Part shown: positions 19,015 through 27,786 of the stretch, in pieces | Layout of the letters: each line of letters opens with the position of its first letter | Position numbering within the stretch: position 1 is the stretch's first letter | Assembly (NCBI GenBank): GCA_964632315.1 | Contig: CAZWEM010000053.1 | Coordinates: 1-29,830, forward strand | DNA: 29,830 nucleotides | Direction of reading: 5' to 3' | Source: an uncultured archaeon | GTDB lineage: Archaea; Asgardarchaeota; Lokiarchaeia; Sigyniarchaeales; SOKP01 | The notes under the pieces: model-generated | Databases searched by the model: none | Told to the model about the DNA's origin: nothing | Seen by the model: only the letters and a program-made list of their open reading frames with translations | Translations under genes and position numbers: made by a program

Positions 19015-19052
19015 GTAAAAAATTTATCAAATTAAAAAAAGATTTTAAAATT

Positions 19053-20072
19053 TCAATCAATTTCGACAATAACTTTAAGATGATCATGTGGGGGATGTCC
19101 TAATATTTTAAACATGTCCGGGACTTGATCCAATTTAATTCTACTTGTAATCAAGGGTTCGGTTTGAATCTTTTTTTGTTCGAGAAGATTAATAGCTGTC
19201 CGAAAAACATCATGGTTATAACCATATACACCCCTGACCGAAATATTATTGGTCGTCATTAGTAAAATATTATTAATTTCAAATTTACTGGAGTGCATGC
19301 CTATTAACGTGATTTGCCCTCCCTTTCGAACCGTTTGTAAGGCAGTACTAAAAGTTTGAGATAACCCAACACAATCATACACGTGATCAGCTCCGAGCTT
19401 ATCAGTAAGTCTCACGATCTTATTCCAATTTTTAGGAGGGAAAACCTTTTTTGCTCCAAACTTCGATGCAATCGCTTGTTTTGATTCTACTGGTTCCAGT
19501 ACATAAATATTACTTGCACCAGCAGCTTTTAAAACTTGGATCACTAAGAGACCGATTGGTCCAGCCCCAATTACAGCGGCATTCTGACCAAGTTTGAATC
19601 CCGATTGTTCAACTGCATATACAGCAACTGAAAGTGGTTCCACGATAGCACCCTCCTCATATGAAACATTATCTGGTAATATATGAACCCTTTCTGCTTT
19701 TAGGCTAATATATTCTCTCATTGCACCATCTTCAGTAGTGCCATAAGAATAATTCTGTAATTTACACATGTTTTCAAGATTATGTAGACAGTAAAAACAT
19801 TCAAAGCATGGAATTTGAGGATTTACTGTAACTCTCATCCCAACCTTTATTTTCCTCACACTTTCTCCAACTTCTACAATGTCTCCAGAAAATTCGTGAC
19901 CAATTATCTTCCCAGGTATGTAGGGTCCTCCTGCTTCATATGAACCAACATCTGAACCACAAATCCCCACTTTCTTTACTCTGATGAGAACCTCATCTGA
20001 TTGAATTGTCGGTTTTTCAAAACCATCCTCAATTACCACATTTTCTTTTCCTTTAAAGACCGCTGCTTTCAT
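19053..20072 (-). CDS. Zn-dependent alcohol dehydrogenase (MDR; sorbitol/threonine/butanediol DH-like)
   Basis: GICGSD, GHE, structural Zn site CFECFYC...C, VEPL, GAGPIG. Confidence 0.92.
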   Translation of the reverse strand: MKAAVFKGKENVVIEDGFEKPTIQSDEVLIRVKKVGICGSDVGSYEAGGPYIPGKIIGHEFSGDIVEVGESVRKIKVGMRVTVNPQIPCFECFYCLHNLENMCKLQNYSYGTTEDGAMREYISLKAERVHILPDNVSYEEGAIVEPLSVAVYAVEQSGFKLGQNAAVIGAGPIGLLVIQVLKAAGASNIYVLEPVESKQAIASKFGAKKVFPPKNWNKIVRLTDKLGADHVYDCVGLSQTFSTALQTVRKGGQITLIGMHSSKFEINNILLMTTNNISVRGVYGYNHDVFRTAINLLEQKKIQTEPLITSRIKLDQVPDMFKILGHPPHDHLKVIVEID

Positions 20073-20101
20073 AATTAATCACTTGTAAAAGTACTTCTAA
20101 T

Positions 20102-21385
20102 TTATTCTTTATTTTCTAAGGATTTATGTCTTATTCTTATGTTCATGAGAATAATAGCTGTCCCTCCTAACATTGCAATGAGAAAGAAATTTCCGAAGGA
20201 AATTGATGGTATATCTTGTTGAGTTTCATAAATTTCATTATGAAACATGTATATTTGATTATCATTGCTTATTGTTGCGATATATTCTCCATTTTCAGAA
20301 GATTCTACAGAATAAACCATATCACCAGTTTGAAAAGACTTTTGGCACAACATTTCCTTCTTTTCCAAATTAGCATAAATGTTTGGACGATTAAATAAGT
20401 AAAAATTGTGATCATAACTGCCAAAGCAAATAAAAGTGCCATCACCTGAAATCTTTATATCCTCAGTCTGATTCCCCGCAGTAAATTTCCATACTGGTGT
20501 TTCAATACCTTTCTCAAATAAGTAACATCGATACTCGAAAGAAACAACACCAACAAAATACTTTCCATCTGAAGTGATGGAAACATGCCCAAAAGTCCTA
20601 GTAGTTTCAAATTTTTGTATTGGATCCGGACTAAAGATATTATAGAGAAATATCGTGCCTGTTGTTCCAGTTAAAGTTCCTACAACTAAATCTTGATCAT
20701 TAGCTGAAAGATCCATACCATAAACAGTTGACATCGAATCATTCACCCAAACAAGAGGAGTTGCTTTTGACATATTGAATACGTGGACTCCAACATTCAC
20801 GCCACCAGCTACGATAATGTTCCCATCGGATGAGATATCAACGTGATATACTCGATTTCCAAACGTATAATTCCAAATTGGTATTGCACTTAATCGATCA
20901 AATAAATATAAATTTCCATCCCAACTCCCTGCAGCGATGTACTTAGCATCAGGTGTTAACGAAATACACCTGATATGATTTCCAGCAGTAAAATTCCAAA
21001 TTGGAGTTGAGCTAGATTTATGAAATAAATAGAGTGTACTCACACCATCACTCGCAACAATATAATCGCCATCAGCAGAGATCTCGACTTGATCCACCAA
21101 GTCTGGAAGAGTTTTGTTCCATAAAGGATTGGGATTGGATGTATCAAATAAATATAAATTTCTATCCCAAGACCCTACAGCTATGTATTTACCATCAGGT
21201 GTTATGGCTAAACCTTTGCCCGAATCTCCCATGGTATAGTTCCATAACAATTTAGTTTGACAGGAGCATGTATTTTGATTAGGATTAATCAAACTTCCAT
21301 CAACTGTACTAATCCCATTCCCTATGAGGATTAACATAAGATTTAAACTCATTAATATAGCTATTTTCGTTTTTTTTGATAACAT
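20102..21385 (-). CDS. Secreted, C-terminally membrane-anchored WD40/PQQ-like beta-propeller protein
   Basis: Basic-hydrophobic signal peptide (MLSKKTKIAILMSLNLMLILIG). About 8 repeats of roughly 41 aa (W..T.G..V..V.IS.DG.YIAAGS.D..LYLF...P.W). C-terminal ISFGNFFLIAMLGGTAIILM followed by a basic tail. Confidence 0.85.
   Translation of the reverse strand: MLSKKTKIAILMSLNLMLILIGNGISTVDGSLINPNQNTCSCQTKLLWNYTMGDSGKGLAITPDGKYIAVGSWDRNLYLFDTSNPNPLWNKTLPDLVDQVEISADGDYIVASDGVSTLYLFHKSSSTPIWNFTAGNHIRCISLTPDAKYIAAGSWDGNLYLFDRLSAIPIWNYTFGNRVYHVDISSDGNIIVAGGVNVGVHVFNMSKATPLVWVNDSMSTVYGMDLSANDQDLVVGTLTGTTGTIFLYNIFSPDPIQKFETTRTFGHVSITSDGKYFVGVVSFEYRCYLFEKGIETPVWKFTAGNQTEDIKISGDGTFICFGSYDHNFYLFNRPNIYANLEKKEMLCQKSFQTGDMVYSVESSENGEYIATISNDNQIYMFHNEIYETQQDIPSISFGNFFLIAMLGGTAIILMNIRIRHKSLENKE
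20897..21170. repeat. Intragenic direct repeat (27/28 nt identical) 246 nt apart in the propeller gene
   Basis: ATCAAATAAATATAAATTTCCATCCCAA (20897-20924) versus ATCAAATAAATATAAATTTCTATCCCAA (21143-21170). The offset is 82 codons, i.e. two blades. Confidence 0.8.
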
Positions 21386-21521
21386 TTTTTAATTTCTCAC
21401 ATAATTGAATTACGATAAAGATAATTTGAAATGAAAGTTAATTAATATGATGGTAAAACTTGGACAGAAAGGTAAGTATTCGATAAAATTCTAAAAAATA
21501 AAATGAAAAATATTGAAAAAA

Positions 21522-23234
21522 TTACAAGATTCCCATACTTCCAAGCAATTTAGTGGCATCTGGAGTTCCAAATGCGATCTTGACATCTAGAACCGCTGTC
21601 TTTCCTGAATTTTTAGCCCGTTCTAAAGCTGGTCTTATCTCATTTGGTTCAGTTACAACTTCTCCATAACAACCAAAACCTTCTGCCATCTTAGCATAGT
21701 CAAAATCGTTAAGATCAACATCGATATACCGTTTACTACAGAAAAGTTTCTGACCAGATTTCAACATCCCCCACGCACTATTATTTGCGATGACAAAAAT
21801 GAGATTTTTTAGTCCCAGTCTCGTTGCTGTTTCAAGATCTTGAACATTCATCATGAAACTGCCATCACCACACATCGCGATCACTTGTTTATCAGGATGA
21901 GCTAATTTTGCTCCTATTCCATAGCCTACAGCGACTCCTAAATGTCCCATTCCAACTGGTTGCAGCAACGAAAGAGGAGGTCGAGGTTTATGAAAATCTA
22001 TTTGCTCCAAAGTATAACAAGTGATATCTCCACCATCCAGTATAACAATAGCATCCTCATCCATGAATTCCCAAAACTCTTTAACCAAGCGTTGAGGAAT
22101 AATTGGCACTTTATCTTTACCTGCTTTCTTGAACAAACTAGTTTTTTGAGTTTCTCTTAACTTAAGTAATTCCTCTAACCACTCACTTTTATCTACAGGT
22201 TTACCTTTTTTGGCTTCTTCAAGCAATTGAGTTAAGAATTGCTTGCAATCCGCAACGATACCCATTGATATTGGTTTAGCTCGTCCAATAATTGAAGGAT
22301 CGATGTCGACTTGAATCATTTGTTGCGAGTCACTCCAGAAAGGTTCATCCCCATGCGCCATAATGTGGGTGAATTTGCATCCTAAAGTCAAAATCACATC
22401 AGCTTCTGGTCCTGCTTTTAAGCCCGGTCCATTAATAGTGGTACAAAGGAAACTTGGAGAGGTATTTGGGATTGTTCCAACACCCATTAAAGTCGTCATT
22501 ACGGGTATTTTCAAAAGTTCTGCAAGTTCTTGAAGTTCCTGCCAACCCCCTGATCGAGATACTCCACCTCCAGAAATAATCATTGGTTTTTTTGCATTCA
22601 ATAGCATGTCAAGTACTTTTTTTATTGTTTCATTATCAACAGCTGGTTTAGCTAAAGCTCTATAGCTATGAGAAGGAAGAATAGGAATTTCATTTTCATC
22701 TTTTTCTTCTAAGAAAGCATCCTCATAAATCTCTAGTAAAACAGGTTGTGGACGTCCCCCAGTTGCTTCTCGAAATACCTTATGGACGGCATCGTGAAGC
22801 TCATCTATAGTTCTTACAGACTTTTGATACTTTGTTATGGGTTTGAACATAGTTAATTGATCCAAATTGCCTTGTAAGGTAAAAGAATCAGCGTATTTTG
22901 AATTTACTTGAGGTATGATAACAATCATAGGCATATTATCGCTCCATGCCGCTCCTACTCCTGGAACAAGCTGTGTAGCTCCAGGACCGACAGTTCCAAA
23001 ACATACACCCGGTTTATTGGTTACTCTTGCCCATGCATCCGCCGCATGTGCTGCTGCTTGTTCATGTCGAAACATTACGGTTTCGATTCCCTTCTCCTTA
23101 CCCCATTCACGTATCGCATCATACATCTTAAGGAATTGCCCACCAATAATGCCAAACAGATATCGAATGTCTTCTTCGAGGAGACATTTAATTAATACAT
23201 CTCCCCCAGAAAGCATTTTCTTTTTCTCTTCCAT
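21522..23234 (-). CDS. Thiamine-diphosphate-dependent enzyme, acetolactate-synthase-like superfamily (ILVBL / 2-hydroxyacyl-CoA lyase-like)
   Basis: RHEQAAAHAADAWAR, GPGAT, IQVDID, LDGGD, ThDP motif GDGSF...NNSAWG. AGGTG RBS upstream. Confidence 0.88.
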   Translation of the reverse strand: MEEKKKMLSGGDVLIKCLLEEDIRYLFGIIGGQFLKMYDAIREWGKEKGIETVMFRHEQAAAHAADAWARVTNKPGVCFGTVGPGATQLVPGVGAAWSDNMPMIVIIPQVNSKYADSFTLQGNLDQLTMFKPITKYQKSVRTIDELHDAVHKVFREATGGRPQPVLLEIYEDAFLEEKDENEIPILPSHSYRALAKPAVDNETIKKVLDMLLNAKKPMIISGGGVSRSGGWQELQELAELLKIPVMTTLMGVGTIPNTSPSFLCTTINGPGLKAGPEADVILTLGCKFTHIMAHGDEPFWSDSQQMIQVDIDPSIIGRAKPISMGIVADCKQFLTQLLEEAKKGKPVDKSEWLEELLKLRETQKTSLFKKAGKDKVPIIPQRLVKEFWEFMDEDAIVILDGGDITCYTLEQIDFHKPRPPLSLLQPVGMGHLGVAVGYGIGAKLAHPDKQVIAMCGDGSFMMNVQDLETATRLGLKNLIFVIANNSAWGMLKSGQKLFCSKRYIDVDLNDFDYAKMAEGFGCYGEVVTEPNEIRPALERAKNSGKTAVLDVKIAFGTPDATKLLGSMGIL

Positions 23235-23318
23235 ATTTACACCTTTTTTAATAATTAGGTAATGAAAATAGTTATCCTCTCAAAATATTTATAATTTTAC
23301 TTCAAAGAGAATTAGACT

Positions 23319-24374
23319 TTAGATTTCATGAATGATACGTGAGTTAATAACTTTTTCCACTTCAAGCGAATTTTCGGTTAGTAGATTATTATTGAGTTTA
23401 ATTTCTTCCAAGTGGATGAGATCTAAGATCTTTTTTGAGAGATGACCAATCTTGTTATGAGCTAAATTCAAAGATGCTAGGTTCTCTAATGAAAAGATCG
23501 ACTTTGGGATGCTTGTTAGGTTATTCCAACTTAGATCTAAATGATCCAAAATATTTAATTTTGAAAATGATGAAGGAAGATTTTTGATTCCATTATCTCT
23601 TAATGATAGCTTTTTAAGTCTTGTTAATAAACCTATTGACTCAGGAACTTCGAATTCTACATATTTTCGAATTTCTAACTTTTTTAATGCATTAAGGTAA
23701 ATGAAGGGATCAATTAATTTAGAAAACGAAGAGAATGAATCTTTCCTCTCTTTGAGATAAATCCAACTAAAATAATGAAAACATAAAGAAACTACTCGTT
23801 TATCCTCTATTCTTAACCAAAAATCTTGTTTTTCAAAATCTTTAAGTTTTTGGTAATTCTTATATTCGTCAAAATTCATTTCATAGTTTAATGTATTTCG
23901 AGCAAATATGGTCTCTAAATCTAAAAAAAACCGAGCTTCACTGTTGATTACTCCTATCTGTCTAGAAATATTATTGTAAAGTTCTTCTAACTCAGCTTTT
24001 AACAGATCAAAAGCTCTAACAGCATTATTTTCTACAATTGTAGCAATTGTGCTTAAGATTATGGGAGAATTGTCATGTGAGAGAGACCAACATAATGATT
24101 CCACTCCTAAATCCAAATAATAGGTTCCAATTAATTTTGCTGCTGCATTTCTCACTCGGGGATTTTCATCCGATACTAGGTGATTCTCGAGTAATTTAAA
24201 AATTTTCTCATCTTTTTTTTCGATTTGCCTAAATGCTTCAATGCATTCTTCACGAATAAGAGGATCTTCGCTACTATCAATTATAGAAAATAGGAGTTCG
24301 ATAGCAAATGATTTACTAATTAGATTATCCTCTAAATCATTGGTAATTTTTTGGGGCGATAGTTTTTCATTCAT
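23319..24374 (-). CDS. HEAT-repeat plus leucine-rich-repeat protein
   Basis: N-terminal HEAT-like units (DPLIREECIEAF, DENPRVRNAAAKLIG, DNSPII). Four C-terminal 23-aa LRRs (LKKLSLRDNGIKNLP, LDHLDLSWNNLTSIP, LASLNLAHNKIGHL, LEEIKLNNNLL). Confidence 0.88.
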   Translation of the reverse strand: MNEKLSPQKITNDLEDNLISKSFAIELLFSIIDSSEDPLIREECIEAFRQIEKKDEKIFKLLENHLVSDENPRVRNAAAKLIGTYYLDLGVESLCWSLSHDNSPIILSTIATIVENNAVRAFDLLKAELEELYNNISRQIGVINSEARFFLDLETIFARNTLNYEMNFDEYKNYQKLKDFEKQDFWLRIEDKRVVSLCFHYFSWIYLKERKDSFSSFSKLIDPFIYLNALKKLEIRKYVEFEVPESIGLLTRLKKLSLRDNGIKNLPSSFSKLNILDHLDLSWNNLTSIPKSIFSLENLASLNLAHNKIGHLSKKILDLIHLEEIKLNNNLLTENSLEVEKVINSRIIHEI

Positions 24375-24505
24375 GAAATTAGGCTTTTTTTATATTATAT
24401 TATAATTTATATATTCCGTCAATAATTTCTTGATATCACATTTATATATGTTAATAGATATTTCATCTTTAACATTTAAATCAATCACAAAAGGTTTAAA
24501 AAATT

Positions 24506-24952
24506 ATGAGCGAACCAGTAAAAGAAAAAGATTCAAATGAACTTTTAAATATCTTGTTAATAATCATTGGATTAATATTTATCGCTCAAGCCGTATTGCA
24601 ATTTCTAACGTGGGCTGGTATAATAGTGCCTACATGGATATCTGATTTAGCGACAGAGACTCAAGCAACGTTGACTTTTTTCGGGGCTCAAGGTCTAATC
24701 TCTGCAATACTTGGATTCTGGGCAATAGTTTCGGGAATTGGAATGTTTGGTGAGGAAGAATGGGCAATGGGTCAAGGTTTGGTCGTGCTTAGTATCATGG
24801 CAGTTACAAGTATTGGTCCAATTATCGGATGGATAACCACACCAGCTAGTTTTGATGCAGCATATTGGCCAAATTATATTACTATGGTGGCTTTTATTCT
24901 CGGAGTGGTCGGTTTTTTCTGGTTATTATTTACAAGACGAAGGTACCATTAA
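24506..24952 (+). CDS. Hypothetical integral membrane protein (about 4 TM helices)
   Basis: Four hydrophobic segments, a GIGMFGEEEWA loop and a basic C-terminus RRRYH. TATA-like TTTATATA at 24441 and a T10 tract downstream. Confidence 0.8.
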   Translation: MSEPVKEKDSNELLNILLIIIGLIFIAQAVLQFLTWAGIIVPTWISDLATETQATLTFFGAQGLISAILGFWAIVSGIGMFGEEEWAMGQGLVVLSIMAVTSIGPIIGWITTPASFDAAYWPNYITMVAFILGVVGFFWLLFTRRRYH

Positions 24953-24979
24953 GGAAATTAACTAAATACCAAAAAATTC

Positions 24980-24989
24980 TTTTTTTTTT
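24980..24989 (+). terminator. Oligo-T (T10) candidate terminator
   Basis: 28 nt after the stop of the membrane protein gene. Confidence 0.45.
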
Positions 24990-25255
24990 ATAATTTATTA
25001 TGGTGTAAGTATTTCGAGGATTTGAAAAATCAGTTGATAGTATCATTAATCTATTAATGTTCTTCTTTAGTGATTCTGATGATAATAGTCAAATGATAAG
25101 ATTAGAAGTAATCTTAGTGAAAAAAGGTAAAACGAATTAACTTTTTGTTAAATAAATACGACCGTAATTTTTCATTTAGCCCAATAACCAATTTATTAAT
25201 ATATGTAAGTTAATTTTCTTATTCAATTGTAAAATTACAAAATAGGAAATGCATA

Positions 25256-26794
25256 ATGCGTACATTTGATGAATATGTAGAAGATTTAAAAAAAATGAAG
25301 CCTAATATTTATATCGGCGATGAAAAAGTAGGACGCGATGATCCTAGAATTAAGGGTGGGATGCATATCGTGAAAGAAACATTCGATCGAGCCCATGATC
25401 CAGATTGGCAAGATTTATGTACGGCGACTAGTCATTTAACTGGAAAAAAGATTAATAGATTCACACACATTCACCAGAGTGAGGATGACCTCCTTAAGAA
25501 GCAATTAATGACCCGAAGACTTTGCCATCGTGTCGGAGGTTGCATACAACGATGCATGGGTATTGATTCTCTCAATGCTTTAAGTGTCATAACTTATGAA
25601 ATGGACCAAGCATTAGGAACGGATTATTATGAGAGATTTAAGAATTACATGATAAAATTCCAAGAAAATGATTGGGTAGCAAGTTGCGCTCAGACCGATG
25701 CTAAGGGTGATCGTTTAAAAAGACCACATGAACAAGAAGATCCGGATCAATATCTTCGTGTAGTCGAAACAAGAGAAGATGGGATAATTGTTCGAGGATG
25801 CAAACTTAACATCACGAATACTGCCTACGCTGATGAATTTATAGCAGTACCTTGTCGTTATATGGGCCCAGAAGATAAAGATTATGCAGTTGCCTTCGCA
25901 TTACCTGCTGATTGGGAAGGTGTAAAATTACTTACTCGACCGGCTTGGATGAGAGAGAGTGATGTAATAGATTCTCCAGCCTCAAAACTGGGAGATTGTG
26001 AGACATTTATCATATTTGATGACGTTTTTGTTCCGAATGAACGAGTATTCTTAAATGGTAATGGTGATCCACGCCAAACTCCATATGCTGGGTTCTTAGC
26101 ATTGATGTTTGCTCATTATCATAGACATAGTTATACGGGATGTAAACCAGCAACTTCGGAAGTTCTTGCCAGCGCCGCATCATTAGTAGCAGAATATAAC
26201 GGCATTGAAAAGGCAAGCCATGCTCAAGATAAAATCTCACACATCCTAGGTGTTGCTGAATTAGTATTTGCAGCGGGAGAATCAAGTGCTAAGCACTCTG
26301 AAAAAGCTCCCTCAGGTACACAAGTGCCTGATGAAATATTGACTAACGCAGGGAGACGATTAGCAGGTGAGATGATTTATGAAGAGTATAAGATTTTAGC
26401 AGACTTATCAGGTGGGTTAATTGCAACCTTACCCTTTGAAGGATCGTTCTTTAATGAAGAGGTTGGTGAATTAGCGATGAAATATCTTCAGAGGAATCCT
26501 CGAGTTAAAACCGAAAATATTTATAAATGCTTTAGGGGTATAGAGCAGTTAGCAGTTTCGGAAATGGGAGGGTTAATGCAAGTTGCTGGAATTCATGGTG
26601 GAGGTAGCCCCCAAATGGAGACCATTACCATGATGATGCGTTATGACACTGAACGATTAAAAGATATCGCTAAGTATCTATTTGGGATAAAGAGCAGACT
26701 AAAACCATATGAACGCCCTACAGTTACTCCAAGAAAACAACTTGAAAAATTTAGGCAAGCCATGCTCAGGAAAAGAGACTCAGAAGAGTGTTAA
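25256..26794 (+). CDS. Second 4-hydroxybutyryl-CoA dehydratase-family protein (divergent AbfD/HpaB-fold paralogue)
   Basis: INRFTHIHQS, GGCIQRCMGID, AQTDAKGDR, FDDVFVP.ERVF, HYHRHSYTGCK (Fe-S ligands retained), HGGGSP. Confidence 0.88.
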   Translation: MRTFDEYVEDLKKMKPNIYIGDEKVGRDDPRIKGGMHIVKETFDRAHDPDWQDLCTATSHLTGKKINRFTHIHQSEDDLLKKQLMTRRLCHRVGGCIQRCMGIDSLNALSVITYEMDQALGTDYYERFKNYMIKFQENDWVASCAQTDAKGDRLKRPHEQEDPDQYLRVVETREDGIIVRGCKLNITNTAYADEFIAVPCRYMGPEDKDYAVAFALPADWEGVKLLTRPAWMRESDVIDSPASKLGDCETFIIFDDVFVPNERVFLNGNGDPRQTPYAGFLALMFAHYHRHSYTGCKPATSEVLASAASLVAEYNGIEKASHAQDKISHILGVAELVFAAGESSAKHSEKAPSGTQVPDEILTNAGRRLAGEMIYEEYKILADLSGGLIATLPFEGSFFNEEVGELAMKYLQRNPRVKTENIYKCFRGIEQLAVSEMGGLMQVAGIHGGGSPQMETITMMMRYDTERLKDIAKYLFGIKSRLKPYERPTVTPRKQLEKFRQAMLRKRDSEEC

Positions 26795-26800
26795 TCCTGA

Positions 26801-26816
26801 TTTTTTATTTTTTTTT
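26801..26816 (+). terminator. T-rich tract between the convergent abfD-2 and trmB-like genes
   Basis: TTTTTTATTTTTTTTT immediately after the abfD-2 stop. Confidence 0.45.
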
Positions 26817-27777
26817 AAAATAAACAAAGCACGAATTTTTGGGTATCATTGAGTTTATTTATTTTGATATCTTCTTGTTCTTCAATAAATTGGTTAATTT
26901 TAACCCCTTTTGCAAATAATTCAATAAACTTTTCTTCAAAGATCTTATAAATACTGCTATTTCTCGAAAGATAAGAGCCAATCAATTTATTGGAGGGATC
27001 GAAACTCGGTTGGATTAATTCTTTATCCGTCAAAATAAAATTACTGAAATCGTCATAAGTAACGTGAACAATTATTTCTTTAAACTCAAACTCAAGTGGT
27101 AGAATATGATCACTCAATAATTTAAATTCCTTGCGTTCTAGTAAATCCTTTACCAATTCTGCATTAAAAATTATTTTTAAGTTTAAATCTCTTAAATTAT
27201 TCTTGATTTTATCCAATCCTTCATTCATTGAACTGATAATGTCAATAGGAAGGCTTTCTATTCCAAGTGATCGAATCATGGAAATTAGATCATTTTCATA
27301 TCGAATGCCGGTCGCAATTTTGCATTCATTTTTAGATAAAAATGCAGAATAGGTCTCAGAAAAAGATTTGAGGTCATAATTTACAAATTCAACAAATTCT
27401 TGAGTTATTTCTTGACTTAAGTTGAATGCTTTAGAAAAATCCTCAAGAGTAGTCTCTGCTTTCTGCTTTTTTTCTTGGAATTGCTGCTCAAGGTCAAAGA
27501 TCCGCTCATTAACAATTTTTTGCCAAATAGGAAGAACCGGTGATGCAAGATGAATTTTCATTGGACGATCATAGATTTGGACTAACTCTAAATCGTTTAA
27601 CACTGCACAAACCTTGTATCCCCTTTTTAGAGTTAAGCCATAATGAGAAGCGACTTCTTTTAAGTTCTCAATACGCTTATTTTTAAGTAGATAATGATAA
27701 ATTCTCTCAATTCCTTTTTCGATGATGCCAATCGCATCAAAAAGAGAACTTAAAACAATTAATTCATTATCTTCCAT
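26815..27777 (-). CDS. TrmB-like winged-helix transcriptional regulator
   Basis: The N-terminus (IGII..GIERIYHYLLKN....LKEVASHYGLTLKRGYKVCAVLNDLELVQ....P) matches the TrmB wHTH pattern. It is followed by a coiled coil (LEQQFQEKKQKAETTLEDF) and a C-terminal region (FILTDKELI...NSSIYKIFEEKFIELF) like TrmB effector domains. Confidence 0.65.
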   Translation of the reverse strand: MEDNELIVLSSLFDAIGIIEKGIERIYHYLLKNKRIENLKEVASHYGLTLKRGYKVCAVLNDLELVQIYDRPMKIHLASPVLPIWQKIVNERIFDLEQQFQEKKQKAETTLEDFSKAFNLSQEITQEFVEFVNYDLKSFSETYSAFLSKNECKIATGIRYENDLISMIRSLGIESLPIDIISSMNEGLDKIKNNLRDLNLKIIFNAELVKDLLERKEFKLLSDHILPLEFEFKEIIVHVTYDDFSNFILTDKELIQPSFDPSNKLIGSYLSRNSSIYKIFEEKFIELFAKGVKINQFIEEQEDIKINKLNDTQKFVLCLF

Positions 27778-27786
27778 CTAAATCAC

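Noticed and set aside
24953-25255. About 43-codon open stretch (VFRGFEKSVDSIINLLMFFF...) in the 300-nt spacer before abfD-2
   Set aside because: No good start or RBS and no motif. Compatible with chance.
780-27352. Short track ORFs antisense to or overlapping long genes (e.g. 780-1037, 6504-6827, 13445-13732, 16719-17024, 22915-23262, 26010-26285)
   Set aside because: Shadow frames of well-supported genes with no recognisable motifs.
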